From Euprymna scolopes (Eukaryota): a stretch of 64,000 bases of DNA. A model generated the notes under the pieces. The model did no database searches, was not told the origin of the DNA, and saw only the letters and a list, made by a program, of their open reading frames with translations. The DNA is taken from the NCBI GenBank assembly GCA_053919585.1, contig CM132807.1, one strand, 5' to 3'. Shown piece after piece: positions 51,955 through 64,000 of this stretch (positions within the stretch are counted from its first letter, which is position 1; each line of letters begins with the position of its first letter). A program made the position numbers and the translations under genes.

Positions 51955-53019
51955 TATATATATACAATGACCTCATTTTTTCCTATGATTTTGACCTTAA
52001 TAGGATAAATATCAAGACATTTCATGCAAATGTAATATGCACAAACTGCATCACAATATATGAGGTGTGTTATAGGCATATTATTTCTCCACTTTCTCGA
52101 TCATCGTAGATTCCTATATTTTCTGCTGAGAGTTCACTGCCAAAATCGGTTACAATGAATCGAAGTAGTAAAATCTTTTCACTCTAATTGATTTCTCCTT
52201 CCCCCGTCACCACTTACACCGTTATGAGATATTTCACGAGGGACAATTACAACGGAACGCCGGTTTCGGTTTTCTGTACTTCGTAGTTGCTTAAAAAACC
52301 TGGAATGGAATTTTACCGTGCCTTTCTGTTCTATGCTTCCTATTGGGTTAAAGGTACCACGGAATTAACCGATAGAGGCATTCCCACAAACATTAATTCT
52401 TATCCTACGCTTACTTTTACGTTGCTCAATTACCATTTTTCCAACATTTTTACACTAAAAAAATTATTCTTTCAATTTATTTATTAAAAAAACATATAGA
52501 ACATTATTTTTTGTTTGATTTGGAATGGCATTTTAAATGTCTATTTCGTTGTATGATTTCTACTGGGTGAAACACACCATGGACTTAACCGAATCGAACG
52601 ATTATTTATGCCATTTTTTCGCTTTATTTCGTTTTGTAGTGATAAAAAACCTGGAATGGAATTTTAACGTTCCTTTTCGTTCTATGTTTTCCACTGGGTG
52701 AAACACACCATGTACTTACTCGGATCGACCGGTTATTTATACCATTTTTTCTTTTTCGCGTTTTTTTGTTCTTGTCTTTTCGAACACGTTTATAATTTCC
52801 CCCTTATATTTTGCTTTTTGTTTCTCCGATTTCTTTTTAAAGAAGTTTAAGGTTTATTCGCTGTTTTTTTGTTTTTTGGTTTTTCCGATTTTTACAAGAA
52901 GTTTAACACTGTTTATTTTAATATTTAAACAGGGTTATTACTTCGCTTATTCTTTACTTTACCCCCCTTACACACACACACCTCCAAACACCCACGCAAC
53001 GCCGGGTACTCCCGCTTGT
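51955..53019 (+). mobile_element. Non-autonomous Helitron-like family B relative with a different internal region
   Basis: 51990-52290 is a reverse-complement homologue of 49500-49800; the 3' end reads gcaacgccgggtactcccgcttg. Confidence 0.75.
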
Positions 53020-53415
53020 ATAAAATATTTTTTTGCTGTGGAAAGGAGGGTAATTAACCACAAAATAGGATTAGACTGGTCTGTTTCCCTAAGAAACAAA
53101 AACATTCTTACTTATTGTACAAAATGAAAAGAAAAATCTATAAGTTAATATAATCTTGTCTCATACACAAGTGAATGTATCAACAAGACATTAAAGACAA
53201 GTCATAAATTAGAGAATACTTTCTAAAAATACACCATGCGATTCATTACTGATCAAAAAAATCTGATTACATTAGTATTACAAAGTTGCGAAACCCGCTG
53301 ACATCACAGTTTAAATGTTGTTCGGTGACATCAAGTGTCCCAGTGCAAAAAAAAACGTTGAAGGTATAATTTAAATAAACCAATAACCTCAATTTACAAT
53401 TACGTATACCTTAAT

Positions 53416-53487
<72 letters not shown>

Positions 53488-55184
53488 CACCAAAGAGGGG
53501 CCACATCAGATCAGTAGGGTCGATGTGACATTTTTGTGTTAAATGTAATATTCAATACCGGGCGAACGCCGGTTACAGAATTTTTTTTTTTTTTAGTTAA
53601 TGTGTCAAAATCGTGTTGTTGAAATACCATACGGTCGGGGGATAAAAATAGAAATCGCATGCTAAACTTCAAAGCGAAAGATTACTTAAAACATTTTTTA
53701 ACCAAAATACGCTCGCGTTTGAACTAAACGAGCCAACACAAAATATTCCGAAACAGAGATTTGAAATGTCGATCGGCTTGAAATGTGGTGTTTGACAGGT
53801 GAAATGTCGGATCGTTTTTGATCTGAGAAACACACACACACACGAAACAGATCGGGCCTGATAAAAGAATTAATGACGTCAGCCCAAGGTTTGACATGAA
53901 TTGTTTTTCAATATGTATTATCTGAGAAACTTCAGAATGATAATATGTTTTGGGCGTAAATAGAATATTTTGAGGAAATACTTACTCTGCCGATGCACAA
54001 AGGACTTCAAAAGCAAGCCAGTGTTTATTTCCAATTATGATTTATCTAAAAATGTCTTTTGGCAAATTGTTTTGGGCGCTAAGGGGAATTCTGGCATGTA
54101 AAGAATGTTTTTTTTTAAATCACACAGATTTTAAAATCACACAATTAAAAAAAAAAAAACTTCAAATAGGAAAGCCGATCAAACGGATATTTTTAAATAG
54201 ATGAAATCTGGTGATCTATTACAAGCTAAAAATAATATTTCCTCTGATTATCAGTTGATAATATGGAAAAAACCATTATCGAGATGGCGGGGTCAGGCAA
54301 GTTGGGGACGAGTCAATTTGATTTTGGAAATTGGGGGGGCGGAAAAATAATACCTGCCACCGGCCAAATTGACCAATGAGAAGGAATCAGGTGGATTGTT
54401 ATCAATCAATTTGATTGGTCAAAGACGAACGTAGGCGTCGTCATTATTCAAGGGTTTTACTATATAAGATCTGTAAAACTCGATTTAATCAGATAGAAGG
54501 AGATAGAAGAAGAGAAAAGACAGAGATAGAAGGAGATAGAAGGAGATAGAAGAAGAGAGAAGACAGAGATAAAGGTCTCGGCAGAGGAATCCAGCCACCC
54601 AACTTCTCTCTCCCCCTCGCTGTTCGCCAGAGAGCTCAATTTGCAACTTAATAGAATTCAGAGGACCTAGGAAGAGACCAGCCAGAACACCTTAACGATA
54701 ATTACAACGGTTCGCGACTCCGACCGAGTATTTCAACAACAAAAAGCTCATTCACAAATCTAATTGCTTGCTTCCATTTAATCTTCAATTGTACATACGT
54801 CTGTAGATAATAATTTATGAATTTCCTAAATACATTATATATCAACCAACCTCCGAAGTTTGTTTACTGATGTGCTGTTGTTGTATGTAACTTTATTTCT
54901 TTTACTTGCCAATTGTGACCCCGTTCCCGTCAACGAACACCCAGTCAACAGGACGACCAACTAGACGATCAAGTAGAACAGGCCTTGAGGACCGTGCAAC
55001 CGAGAAGAGTCCTCCAACGCCTTGACGGGAACTCACTGGGTGACGCGACGTACCAACAGTTGGCAGACCTGGTTGCCCAGTCGAGATAATTAATTACCCG
55101 GTGACTAGGATAGTCATAATTGGGCATCGACCCAGGCGTAAGATTATAACTCGGCCGCGATCAGAGGTTTAAGGTCGTGTAAGG

Positions 55185-55245
<61 letters not shown>

Positions 55246-55248
<3 letters not shown>

Positions 55249-56023
55249 CCTTTGAGATTTGAAAAAAAAAATCACTCGACCGCCTGTCGAGTGTGAGGGA
55301 AATTAACTCGCCCAAAAATATTTTTACTCGCCCGACTCTGTCTTTGTTTCAATCAACAATAGTAAATAATTTTACAACAATTCAATTATATATTTCTTCT
55401 TTATTCTTAACAGAAATATCAACAAACTATTCTTCTGATACCCAAATTATGTCGTAAAATTTTATACAAAAATTAAAATATAAAGCCTAAACCGTGGGTG
55501 TTGATGATTTTTTGAAATTTGCGCAAAGAAGAGCATGCAAATATCTGAATTTATATAATTGAGAAAAATATGATGACTTACTAGTTGTATAATTTAATTT
55601 TCGGTGCGTGCTTGACAGCACGATGCGTTGTTTTCCTATTTCAAATGTTCGTCTTGTAAGCCTGAAGTGTATGTAGTTGTAGCGTCGAAGAATCTTTTTC
55701 CAAATGAATTTCAACATCAAAGAGCTAAATGAATGCGACATTTTGACTACACATCGAATGTGTGAATTTGACCTCTTGTTGACCTTTAGCGTGGGCACAC
55801 TTTTTTCAATACGATATTCCAACGGTCTCACAACTAGATTTGAAAGAATTCACAAATGATGAGACATAGGTCATTCTAAGTCACCGCATATTTGAGTGTC
55901 ATAAATGCGTTCTTCACGATTCTTTACTTAAAGAAATTTTATCAACTGACGGGCGAGTGATTTACGACTTTTAATCGCCCCCCAAAATGTTCAATCTACT
56001 GTGGCGACCGGTCGCGTAAAGTC

Positions 56024-56025
<2 letters not shown>
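55246..56025. mobile_element. Putative non-autonomous DNA transposon
   Basis: TA-flanked imperfect TIRs cagccttt../..aaagtctg and subterminal actcgccc/gggcgagt repeats. Confidence 0.55.
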
Positions 56026-56092
<67 letters not shown>

Positions 56093-59000
56093 GTCAGGTC
56101 ATGTAATGTGCTATTGGTACCATGTAACCTAGAACTACCTGCTGCATTATCGGGTTACCGGCGACTAAACTGGTTCCCCCACTAGTTTGGCAGGTGAGGA
56201 GGGTGACTAGTCTCCCAGAAGGATTAAAAACAAGACCTTACAAAGAGCGGATGACCCTCATTGGGNNNNNNNNNNNNNNNNNNNNNNNNNNNNNNNNNNN
56301 NNNNNNNNNNNNNNNNNNNNNNNNNNNNNNNNNNNNNNNNNNNNNNNNNNNNNNNNNNNNNNNNNNNNNNNNNNNNNNNNNNNNNNNNNNNNNNNNNNNN
56401 NNNNNNTATGCCTCTTTAGGCAAAGGGAAAGGGGAATTAAAAACCCTAAAATCAAGCCAGAAACCCCAACGGCAGAGCTTCCCAGCTCCAACGGAAGAGG
56501 GCAACGCCTATCGGGCAGGCGACAAGACGAGTCTTGATAAACTAAGAACTCGGCAGCCGATGCAACCAACTTATGAGAAACTGCCTGTCTCATCTGCTTT
56601 GAGACAAAGTGAAACTACTGTGGGCCAAGCGTGTGTGCGTGGCGGTCGCGCAGCCACGGCCACCTAAAACAAACTACTTTAGCGATTGGCATTCTGTCGT
56701 CACCTTCAACCCCTAGAAAAACAAAGAAAGAGAATAACTCCTGAGGCGACAGTGCTTTGGGTGAAGGAGACAGGCCAGAATAAGCTGGAAGCCCTTAGAC
56801 CGCGACGACACTCAGGCAGCGGATCTAAGATGGTCACTCTCTGGCGACAGTGCCGTGACACCAGAGCTCAGCATCTATATCCGTGACTAGGCTGGCCTGT
56901 TTAGGACCACTGCAGCCCACCCCATATAGGGAGAACCCTAGAAAAGGTGGGGAATACCTCGGTCACGGCAGAACCGGTCTGGTCAGCCTATCGCGCCTGG
57001 CAGACATCCCACTAATGCGGTCGTCAAAACAAGAAGATGTTAACCATAGGTGCACCCTCCAAGATGTGGTGAACACAAACCACCCAGAACGAAGAACCGA
57101 CCTCGTCTGCAAAGAGCTCGCCCGCTGCCATTTTGATGTGGCAGTGAAACCCGACTACCCGAAGAGGCCAACATCAGGAAGGCTGGAACAAACTACACCA
57201 TCTTTTTGAGAAGGACCCCATGGAGTCACGCATCCGCGGTGTCGTCTTTACCATCCGTTCCCAGCTGGTGCAGCTGCACAACCTCGTTCCCAAGGCCATC
57301 AGTGAACACCTTACGCTCATTTCAGTCTACGCCCTGACTTAAACTTCTACCGATGAAGACAAAGCTGCCTTCTACAGCCAGCTTGGCCGCGCCATCCAGG
57401 ACGTGTCCGTCAATGTCAAGCTTGTTGTGATGGGCGACTTTAACGCCTGAATAGGCAGGGACCATCGCCTGTGGGCGGGAATCATCGGCCGCCACGGCAT
57501 TTGAAGCTCACGCGACCTATGCCCGGAGCGGATGATTTCTGGACGGATCACAGACTCCTGATCTTCCGACTTTCCATGACGATCATTCGTCCACCCAAAA
57601 GGACACTCAATAGCGTACTAAACCGACGTGTTGACTGTAGCAAAATCCACAACCCACAGCTGGCACATAATTTCAGAGAGATCTGCAAACGACACCTCGC
57701 AGAGCCAGTGAGTCAGGCGACAGTAGAGCACAAATAGACCACCCTCAGAGACACCCTGACCTGTGCCGCGGAGGAGGTACTGAGTCACACAACCAAGAAA
57801 AGTCAAAACTGGTTTGATTAGAATGGCGCCACCATTTCTCATCTCATTGAAGCAAAACGTCAAGTACGTCTGATTTCAGAGAATAAACCTACAGCTGCCA
57901 ACAAACGTGATCACAAGGTAACTGTAGCAGACTGCCAAAGAGGGATTCGTGAAGTCCAGAACATCTGGTAGCAGAGAAAAGCTGCTGAGATCCAGCGCTT
58001 CGCTGACAAACGTGCCTTGTGCAGTTTCTACGCAGCAACGAACGAAATTGTCGGTCCCACCCGATCATCAATGGGCAGCCTAAAGGATGCAAATGGGACC
58101 ACGATCTTCTCTGACCATGAAGGCATCCTGAAAATATGGAGGTGTCACTTAAAGAATCTCACTAATGATCACGCTTACACCACAGACGATCTCTTGAGAA
58201 TTATCCCACAGCATCCTGCCCGTCTCTGGATGGCACTGCAACCCTCTATCCAGGACTTCAACGGGGTCCTGAAACGTATGAAGCTCGATAAGGCACCAGG
58301 GCCAGATAACATCTTGCTGGAGCTCCTCACTCGTGGTGGGCTTGAGCTGAGAAATCGTTTGCTGCTCCTGATGCTAAAAATATGGTAGACCAAAACTCTC
58401 CCCACCGACTTTCGAGATGCTAATATCATTACTATCTTCAAGAAAGGGAGACAGGGAGACCTGTAACAACTACCGGGGAATATCACTGCTTAGTATTGCC
58501 AGTAAGATTCTCTTTGACTGCCCGTTCATTCTCGCGGAGGACGTCCTGCCGAGACCCTGTGCGGGTTCCAACCTTCGCGGGGGGCAGTAGACATTATTTT
58601 GTGTGTAAGCAGAAAAGCCTTGACCAGCAACATCCCATGATGTTCGTCTTCTGGGACCTTAAAAAGGCTTTTGATAAAGTACCACGACCTGAAATGTGGG
58701 CTGTCCTCGCGAGATACGGTTGTCCACCCGACTTCGTTGAACTGGTCCGTGCCCTCCATGACGGAATGGTTGGAAGAGCCGTCATCAGAACTCGCTTTCA
58801 CACCCATTCCCCATCAACGCTACTCTTACTCAGGTGTGTGTTTTGGCTCTAACGTGTTTCTTGCTGTACATCACACCAATGCTCTGCGAGATTCCACCAG
58901 ACATACCCTCAATTGGGCTGCAAGTTCCCTTGGGCGGAGGAATTTTCAACCTCGCACGACTCCGTGCCAAAACCAAAACCACCTTATGCGAAGTGAGAGA

Positions 59001-59970
59001 ACTACAATATGCTGACGACAACGCCACACCAGGTCATACGACAGAGGACCTGCAGTCGTTAGCAGGCGCATTTAACTCTGCAGATCAACACAAACAAGGC
59101 AAAGACCCTCGTCCAACATCCACCAGTAGAGACCCTCCCGGCACTTAACATCACAATTAACAACCAAGCACTAGAGGAGGAAGATCAATTCTCTTATCTT
59201 GAAAGCATTTTAACATCTACGTCTACATGCAATAAGGACGTGGGGAACAGATTAAGGGCAGCCAATTCCGCCTTTGGACAACTCAACTGCCGCGTATTTA
59301 ACAACAACGCACTTATGATGACCACGAAGATAATGGTGTTCCGGGCAGTTGTCCTCTCCACGTTCCTGTACGTCTGTGAAACATGGACACTATACAGAAG
59401 TGAAATAAAACATCTGGAACGCTTCCAACAAACAAAATCAAGGCAAATTATGAAAATACCTTGGCAGAGCCATACCTCCAACTCTGAGGTACTGGATGGT
59501 GCCAAAGTGACAAGTGTTGAGGCCACTTTTATCCGCCACCACTTTCGCTGGACAAGCAATGTCCACAGAATGCAAAATTCAAGGCTTCCCGAGGGAATGA
59601 TGCACGGAAAACTGGCAAAAGGAACCAGACCACGAGGAGCACCAAAATAGGCTACAAAGACCAGCTGAAGTGCACTCTGGCAGCACTTGACATCGACCAC
59701 TCCTCGTGGAAAGAGGCTTCCAGGGACAGAAAAGCGTGGAGAAAGGCTGTACACCGTGGCAGTGCTTACTTTGAGGATGGAAGGAGAAGGGAAGAGGCTG
59801 GGAGAAAAAGCAAAAGGGAGCGGGAGCAAAGCCATTTCCCTCCCCTCCCCTGTGAGTATTGTCGCCGCTCTTCCACCATAGAATCGGACTGTACAGCAAT
59901 GTATCACATAGGCCCCCACCCACCTGAGGACAGGACCCAATGCTCGGATACTAGTAGGAGCCGACGGCGA

Positions 59971-59972
<2 letters not shown>
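56093..59972 (+). mobile_element. Near-full-length decayed RTE-clade LINE (5' UTR, APE, RT)
   Basis: PERRTDLVCKELAR, SVYAL, MGDFNA, KAPGPDNI, DLKKAFDKV, LVRALHDGM, ELQYADD, LYVCETWTLY, RPRGAPK; many frameshifts; sits in (TA)n/(GA)n. Confidence 0.93.
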
Positions 59973-60024
<52 letters not shown>

Positions 60025-60250
60025 GGGAGCTGTGTGTATGTGTCAGTGTAAGGGAGGGTGTATTTATACATACATATATCTAATCTATGTAGATAGAACA
60101 ATATATACATAGAACAAAATATATATTTGTATATTCTTCAGTTTTTTGATGGAATTATTTTAATTATCTGTATTTTAAAGAAGCAGTTTGAGTATATCTC
60201 TCGAATCTATCTATCAATCTATATCTCTTTATATATTTATATCTGTATAA

Positions 60251-60308
<58 letters not shown>

Positions 60309-60369
60309 CAGCAGTTCAGACCGGCTTTGCCTGGTCCCTATCCACTGTTCATAGCTTTACCTGCATATG

Positions 60370-60439
<70 letters not shown>

Positions 60440-60442
<3 letters not shown>

Positions 60443-61066
60443 TAAAAAGTTTGATTCATGTCCAGGTAACTTATATCTAAAATTTCAAATGTTTACAACA
60501 AAATTGGCTGCATGTTAAATAACTTTTATAAAAAATTTAAAATATTTAGACCCAAAATTGACTAAGTAGTTTGCTAGAGACCGAAAAGGTCAAATTTTTC
60601 TAATTTGGACAACTTGGCAGGAAAATTTGCGGATAAAGTCCGAAGAAAAAGCTTGCCTTATGCGTGAAAGCACTTTATGTTAAATTTAAAATGTTTAAAC
60701 TAAAAAATAGCAAAGTAATTTCAAAGAGACCACGGAAATACAATCCTTTCAAAATTTGACCCCAATTTGGATCCGTGTATTGTTTCGGTATAAATGAAAT
60801 TAAAAATGTCGATTCATGTCAACGTGACCTCCATCTTAAATTTCAAGTTTTTAGACCCATAATTGGCAGAGAAGTTTTGTGGAGTTTCCCAAGGTTAAAT
60901 CGTTGAATTTTGACCCGCTGATGGCCGTCTTTTAGCGGAACACCGATTTAAAAGATTGTCCCAAAACTCAGTACACTTCATGTAAAATATCGTGTCTGTA
61001 GACTGAAAATTGACAGAGTAGTTTGGCATGGAAATGTATACAGGGACACACACAGACGGACACTAT

Positions 61067-61075
<9 letters not shown>
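60440..61075 (-). mobile_element. Non-autonomous Helitron-like family A, 3'-truncated copy
   Basis: Homologous to 5180-5630 (inverted) and 41640-41905. Confidence 0.7.
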
Positions 61076-61127
<52 letters not shown>

Positions 61128-61200
61128 CATATATATATATTCTAAATATATAGTTTTTCTACCAATATATAAAATTAATAATAATAATAATAATAATAAT

Positions 61201-61237
<37 letters not shown>

Positions 61238-61329
61238 GTAATAATCAAAAGAAGAAGATGTAGAAGAAAAAGAAAAAGCAGAAAAAAGAAAATATTTAAA
61301 AAAAAAACAGATTTGACTTAAAACTATAA

Positions 61330-62995
61330 GGAACGTTTTTTGATCACTAAAATACGGCGGTACATGCGTTGAATAATTCTCTTAGCATGCGAGGCCAGTT
61401 TTACCACAAAATTGGAGATATTTTGCCAACTGAAGATGAAACGACAGAGTTTATTCAAATCTACATCTAAGATAATCTTGGAAGAGGAAGTACATAGACG
61501 GGAACGGGATAGTAGACTCATTCAAGACTGACTGAATTTTTACATGAAAACAACAACCTAATTTGTCAACCATAAACATCAAAGAAAGGGAATGATTGAT
61601 GTAGAAAACATTGAAGACCATGAAGTTTTCATAAGGAAAGACCGAATGGGAACAAAGACAGCATCCACGGTGATTCAATGCACACTCAACAACGAATAAG
61701 ATTGAAATATAAATAGTGCACGAGCCAAGAGTAAACCGAGATATTACCTAGCATTTTAAAAATAATACGTTTAAAAGGATCTCCAAACAACATACTCTTT
61801 ACGATACTATAATATATCCGTTAATGTACACTTATGGTTCTCCACCTTAAGACATCTATTTAAAAGCATCCAATAGGCGAAAAGTTACCCAACACCAGTT
61901 TTATTCCTTCCATTTGACGACAACTAGTTTGCCCTTTTGTCGAAGGCTGTTTCAACAATGGCTGGGGGATGTTATTGCAAGATTGAAACAAACAGTTTAC
62001 AGTTCTTGATGCGGAAGAAACAGACACTGAGAGCTGACAATTATGTCAACTTGAGAGAGTCAATTCTTAGGGAGGATGGGAATCCAGAAGAGAGTGGTCA
62101 ATGAGTGGTACTTCCGGCAACTTACACAAGAGGCCACGATACATGATTGGATGTCAAAGTGATACTAGGGCTTATATTCGGTGAATGGGCCAAGCCGACA
62201 TCTTCATCACTTTCACGACAATATCAAAGAGGACGGAAATTACAGAAAATGGTCTTCCAGGACAAGAACCTCAGAATCTTCCAAATATTGTTTTTAGGGT
62301 CCTATGACAGAAGCGAAAAATGCTCATGAAATTTATTTAAAAATGGGGGATTAGGCAGAATTGAATACCAAAAGAAAGGACTGCCGCATACGCACCTCCT
62401 TAGCTGGAATTCCACAGGTATCTCTGACAAAAAGGAACACCTACCCTTTATGAAAATGTGATGGCACATATTATTCAGAGACCTTGTGGGCAAATGAATC
62501 CAAGTTGCCCATGTGTGATCAAAAACACATGCTCTAAAAATACCCTAAAGAATTACTACAGTATACCGTTCAAGGTTAAACTTGTATACCTAGTACAGGC
62601 GAAGGAAACCAGAAGATGGAGGTCAAGAAGGGGCATTAACGATGACGAAAAATGATGTGTATGTTCATCAGGAAAACATAACTAGCGGATTGTTCCCTAC
62701 AAGTAGGTCTTCCTTCAGAAGTTCAACGCTCCCATTAATGTATAATTTGCAGCTCGATCCAAAGCATAAAATACGTCCTTAAATACGCCAACAAAGGATG
62801 TGAAAAAGCAGTGTTCGAACTGAAAAGAACTTATGGAACAGCTAACCAACAATAGCAAATACAAAGACAAATTGTTGATGATATCAAACACTTCCAGAAT
62901 GTAAGGTATGTCAGATGTTCAGGAGCAGCCTGGAAGATATTGGAGCATCCCATTCCAAATATTTCCCTCCAGTTGTGTTACTTTCTGTTCATCGT
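61330..62995 (+). pseudogene. Helitron Rep (HUH endonuclease) remnant
   Basis: GQFYHKI, LRADNY, VVLPATY, DIFITF, IEYQKKGLPHTHLL (HUH), PCGQMNPSCPC, IVPY, SIKYVLKYANKG motifs with stops and frameshifts. Confidence 0.9.
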
Positions 62996-63216
62996 TAAAA
63001 ATGTTCTCATTGATTTTAAAACTACTAGTAATCCTAAAACTCATATCTCCCTCCCACAATGTGACTTTACGTTTTAGAAAATATATGGACATTTAAGTTT
63101 TTTTTTTTAGAAATCTGGAAAAATAGTCAATTTATAACTTCTTATTAAGAGATTCATAAAAGCATCCAAATATGTAATTTTCTCTGAATCAGGAGAAATT
63201 TGGAATCGTTCCATTA

Positions 63217-63287
<71 letters not shown>

Positions 63288-63420
63288 TTGTAATTCAATG
63301 AATTTAAAAAAAAAACTCTCATTGAAATGAAATGAAGTGGTTGAGTTTCATATCAAAGAATTCTTATTATTCTAAGCAAGACAAAGAATGCTTTAGAATA
63401 TATATATATATATAAATATA

Positions 63421-63466
<46 letters not shown>

Positions 63467-64000
63467 TGTGTGTGGGTGTGTAACAGTTAAATATCTAAAC
63501 ATTCAAAGTTATATATGTGTGTGTGTTTAAATGGGAATAAAGGTTATTGGAGTATGCACACACAAATATATCTACATATATATATGTGTGTGTGTGTGTG
63601 TGTTTCCCTGTGTGTGTGTGTGTTTATGTATCTACAGATATGTAAATGTAAATAGAGGTTACGGGAGTTCCACGCTTTTAGTGGAACGCAGTCACAGAAC
63701 CATTAAAAATATTACACATGATTCCGTAAAGCAAATAGGCTTGACACAACTTCTGTCATGATTGACGGTTTTCTGACACTTAAAACTGATAATGTCCGAG
63801 AGTTGCGGATCGGTATTGAAGCATTTGTCAGTGTCTCTGATTTAACATCACGGTTGCAAAAAAAGCGACAGAAATAAATGGACATTATTCATTCTAAAAG
63901 CAATTTGTTAACCGGGGCAGATTCGTATTTGCACTGAACAGCGAAAGACAACATTGCTAGATAAAAAAAATGTTGATATTTTATTAACACATGCCAAAGT

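Noticed and set aside
56093-56200. HDV-like ribozyme at the RTE 5' end
   Set aside because: Could not assign P1/P2/P3/L3 by eye; needs a descriptor search.

Overview
AT-rich, repeat-dominated animal (invertebrate-like) genomic DNA with many (TA)n/(TG)n microsatellites and several N gaps; it is not prokaryotic, and no complete host gene could be supported. The only host-gene candidate is a possible first coding exon at 18585-18692 encoding a peptide that resembles a mitochondrial presequence. Most of the window is decayed mobile DNA: CR1/L2-group LINE copies, a near-full-length RTE LINE, an R4/Dong-like fragment, a Penelope-like element (PLE) with a nested LINE, Tc1/mariner remnants, a Helitron Rep pseudogene with several non-autonomous Helitrons, 5S-derived SINE-like copies and a rearranged U2-like element. 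The standout signal is a dense set of hammerhead ribozyme (HHR) motifs. Three unrelated short repeat families (38.3-39.1 kb, 40.8-41.4 kb, 45.3-45.9 kb) place a tRNA-like Pol III head immediately upstream of a type I HHR, and each occurs as a circularly permuted partial tandem. This suggests retrozyme-like elements with a circular-RNA intermediate, possibly mobilised by PLE enzymes. Five dispersed PLE-type HHR repeats and a PLE-linked HHR with a long stem II are also present. All calls were made by eye; coordinates of decayed elements are approximate.
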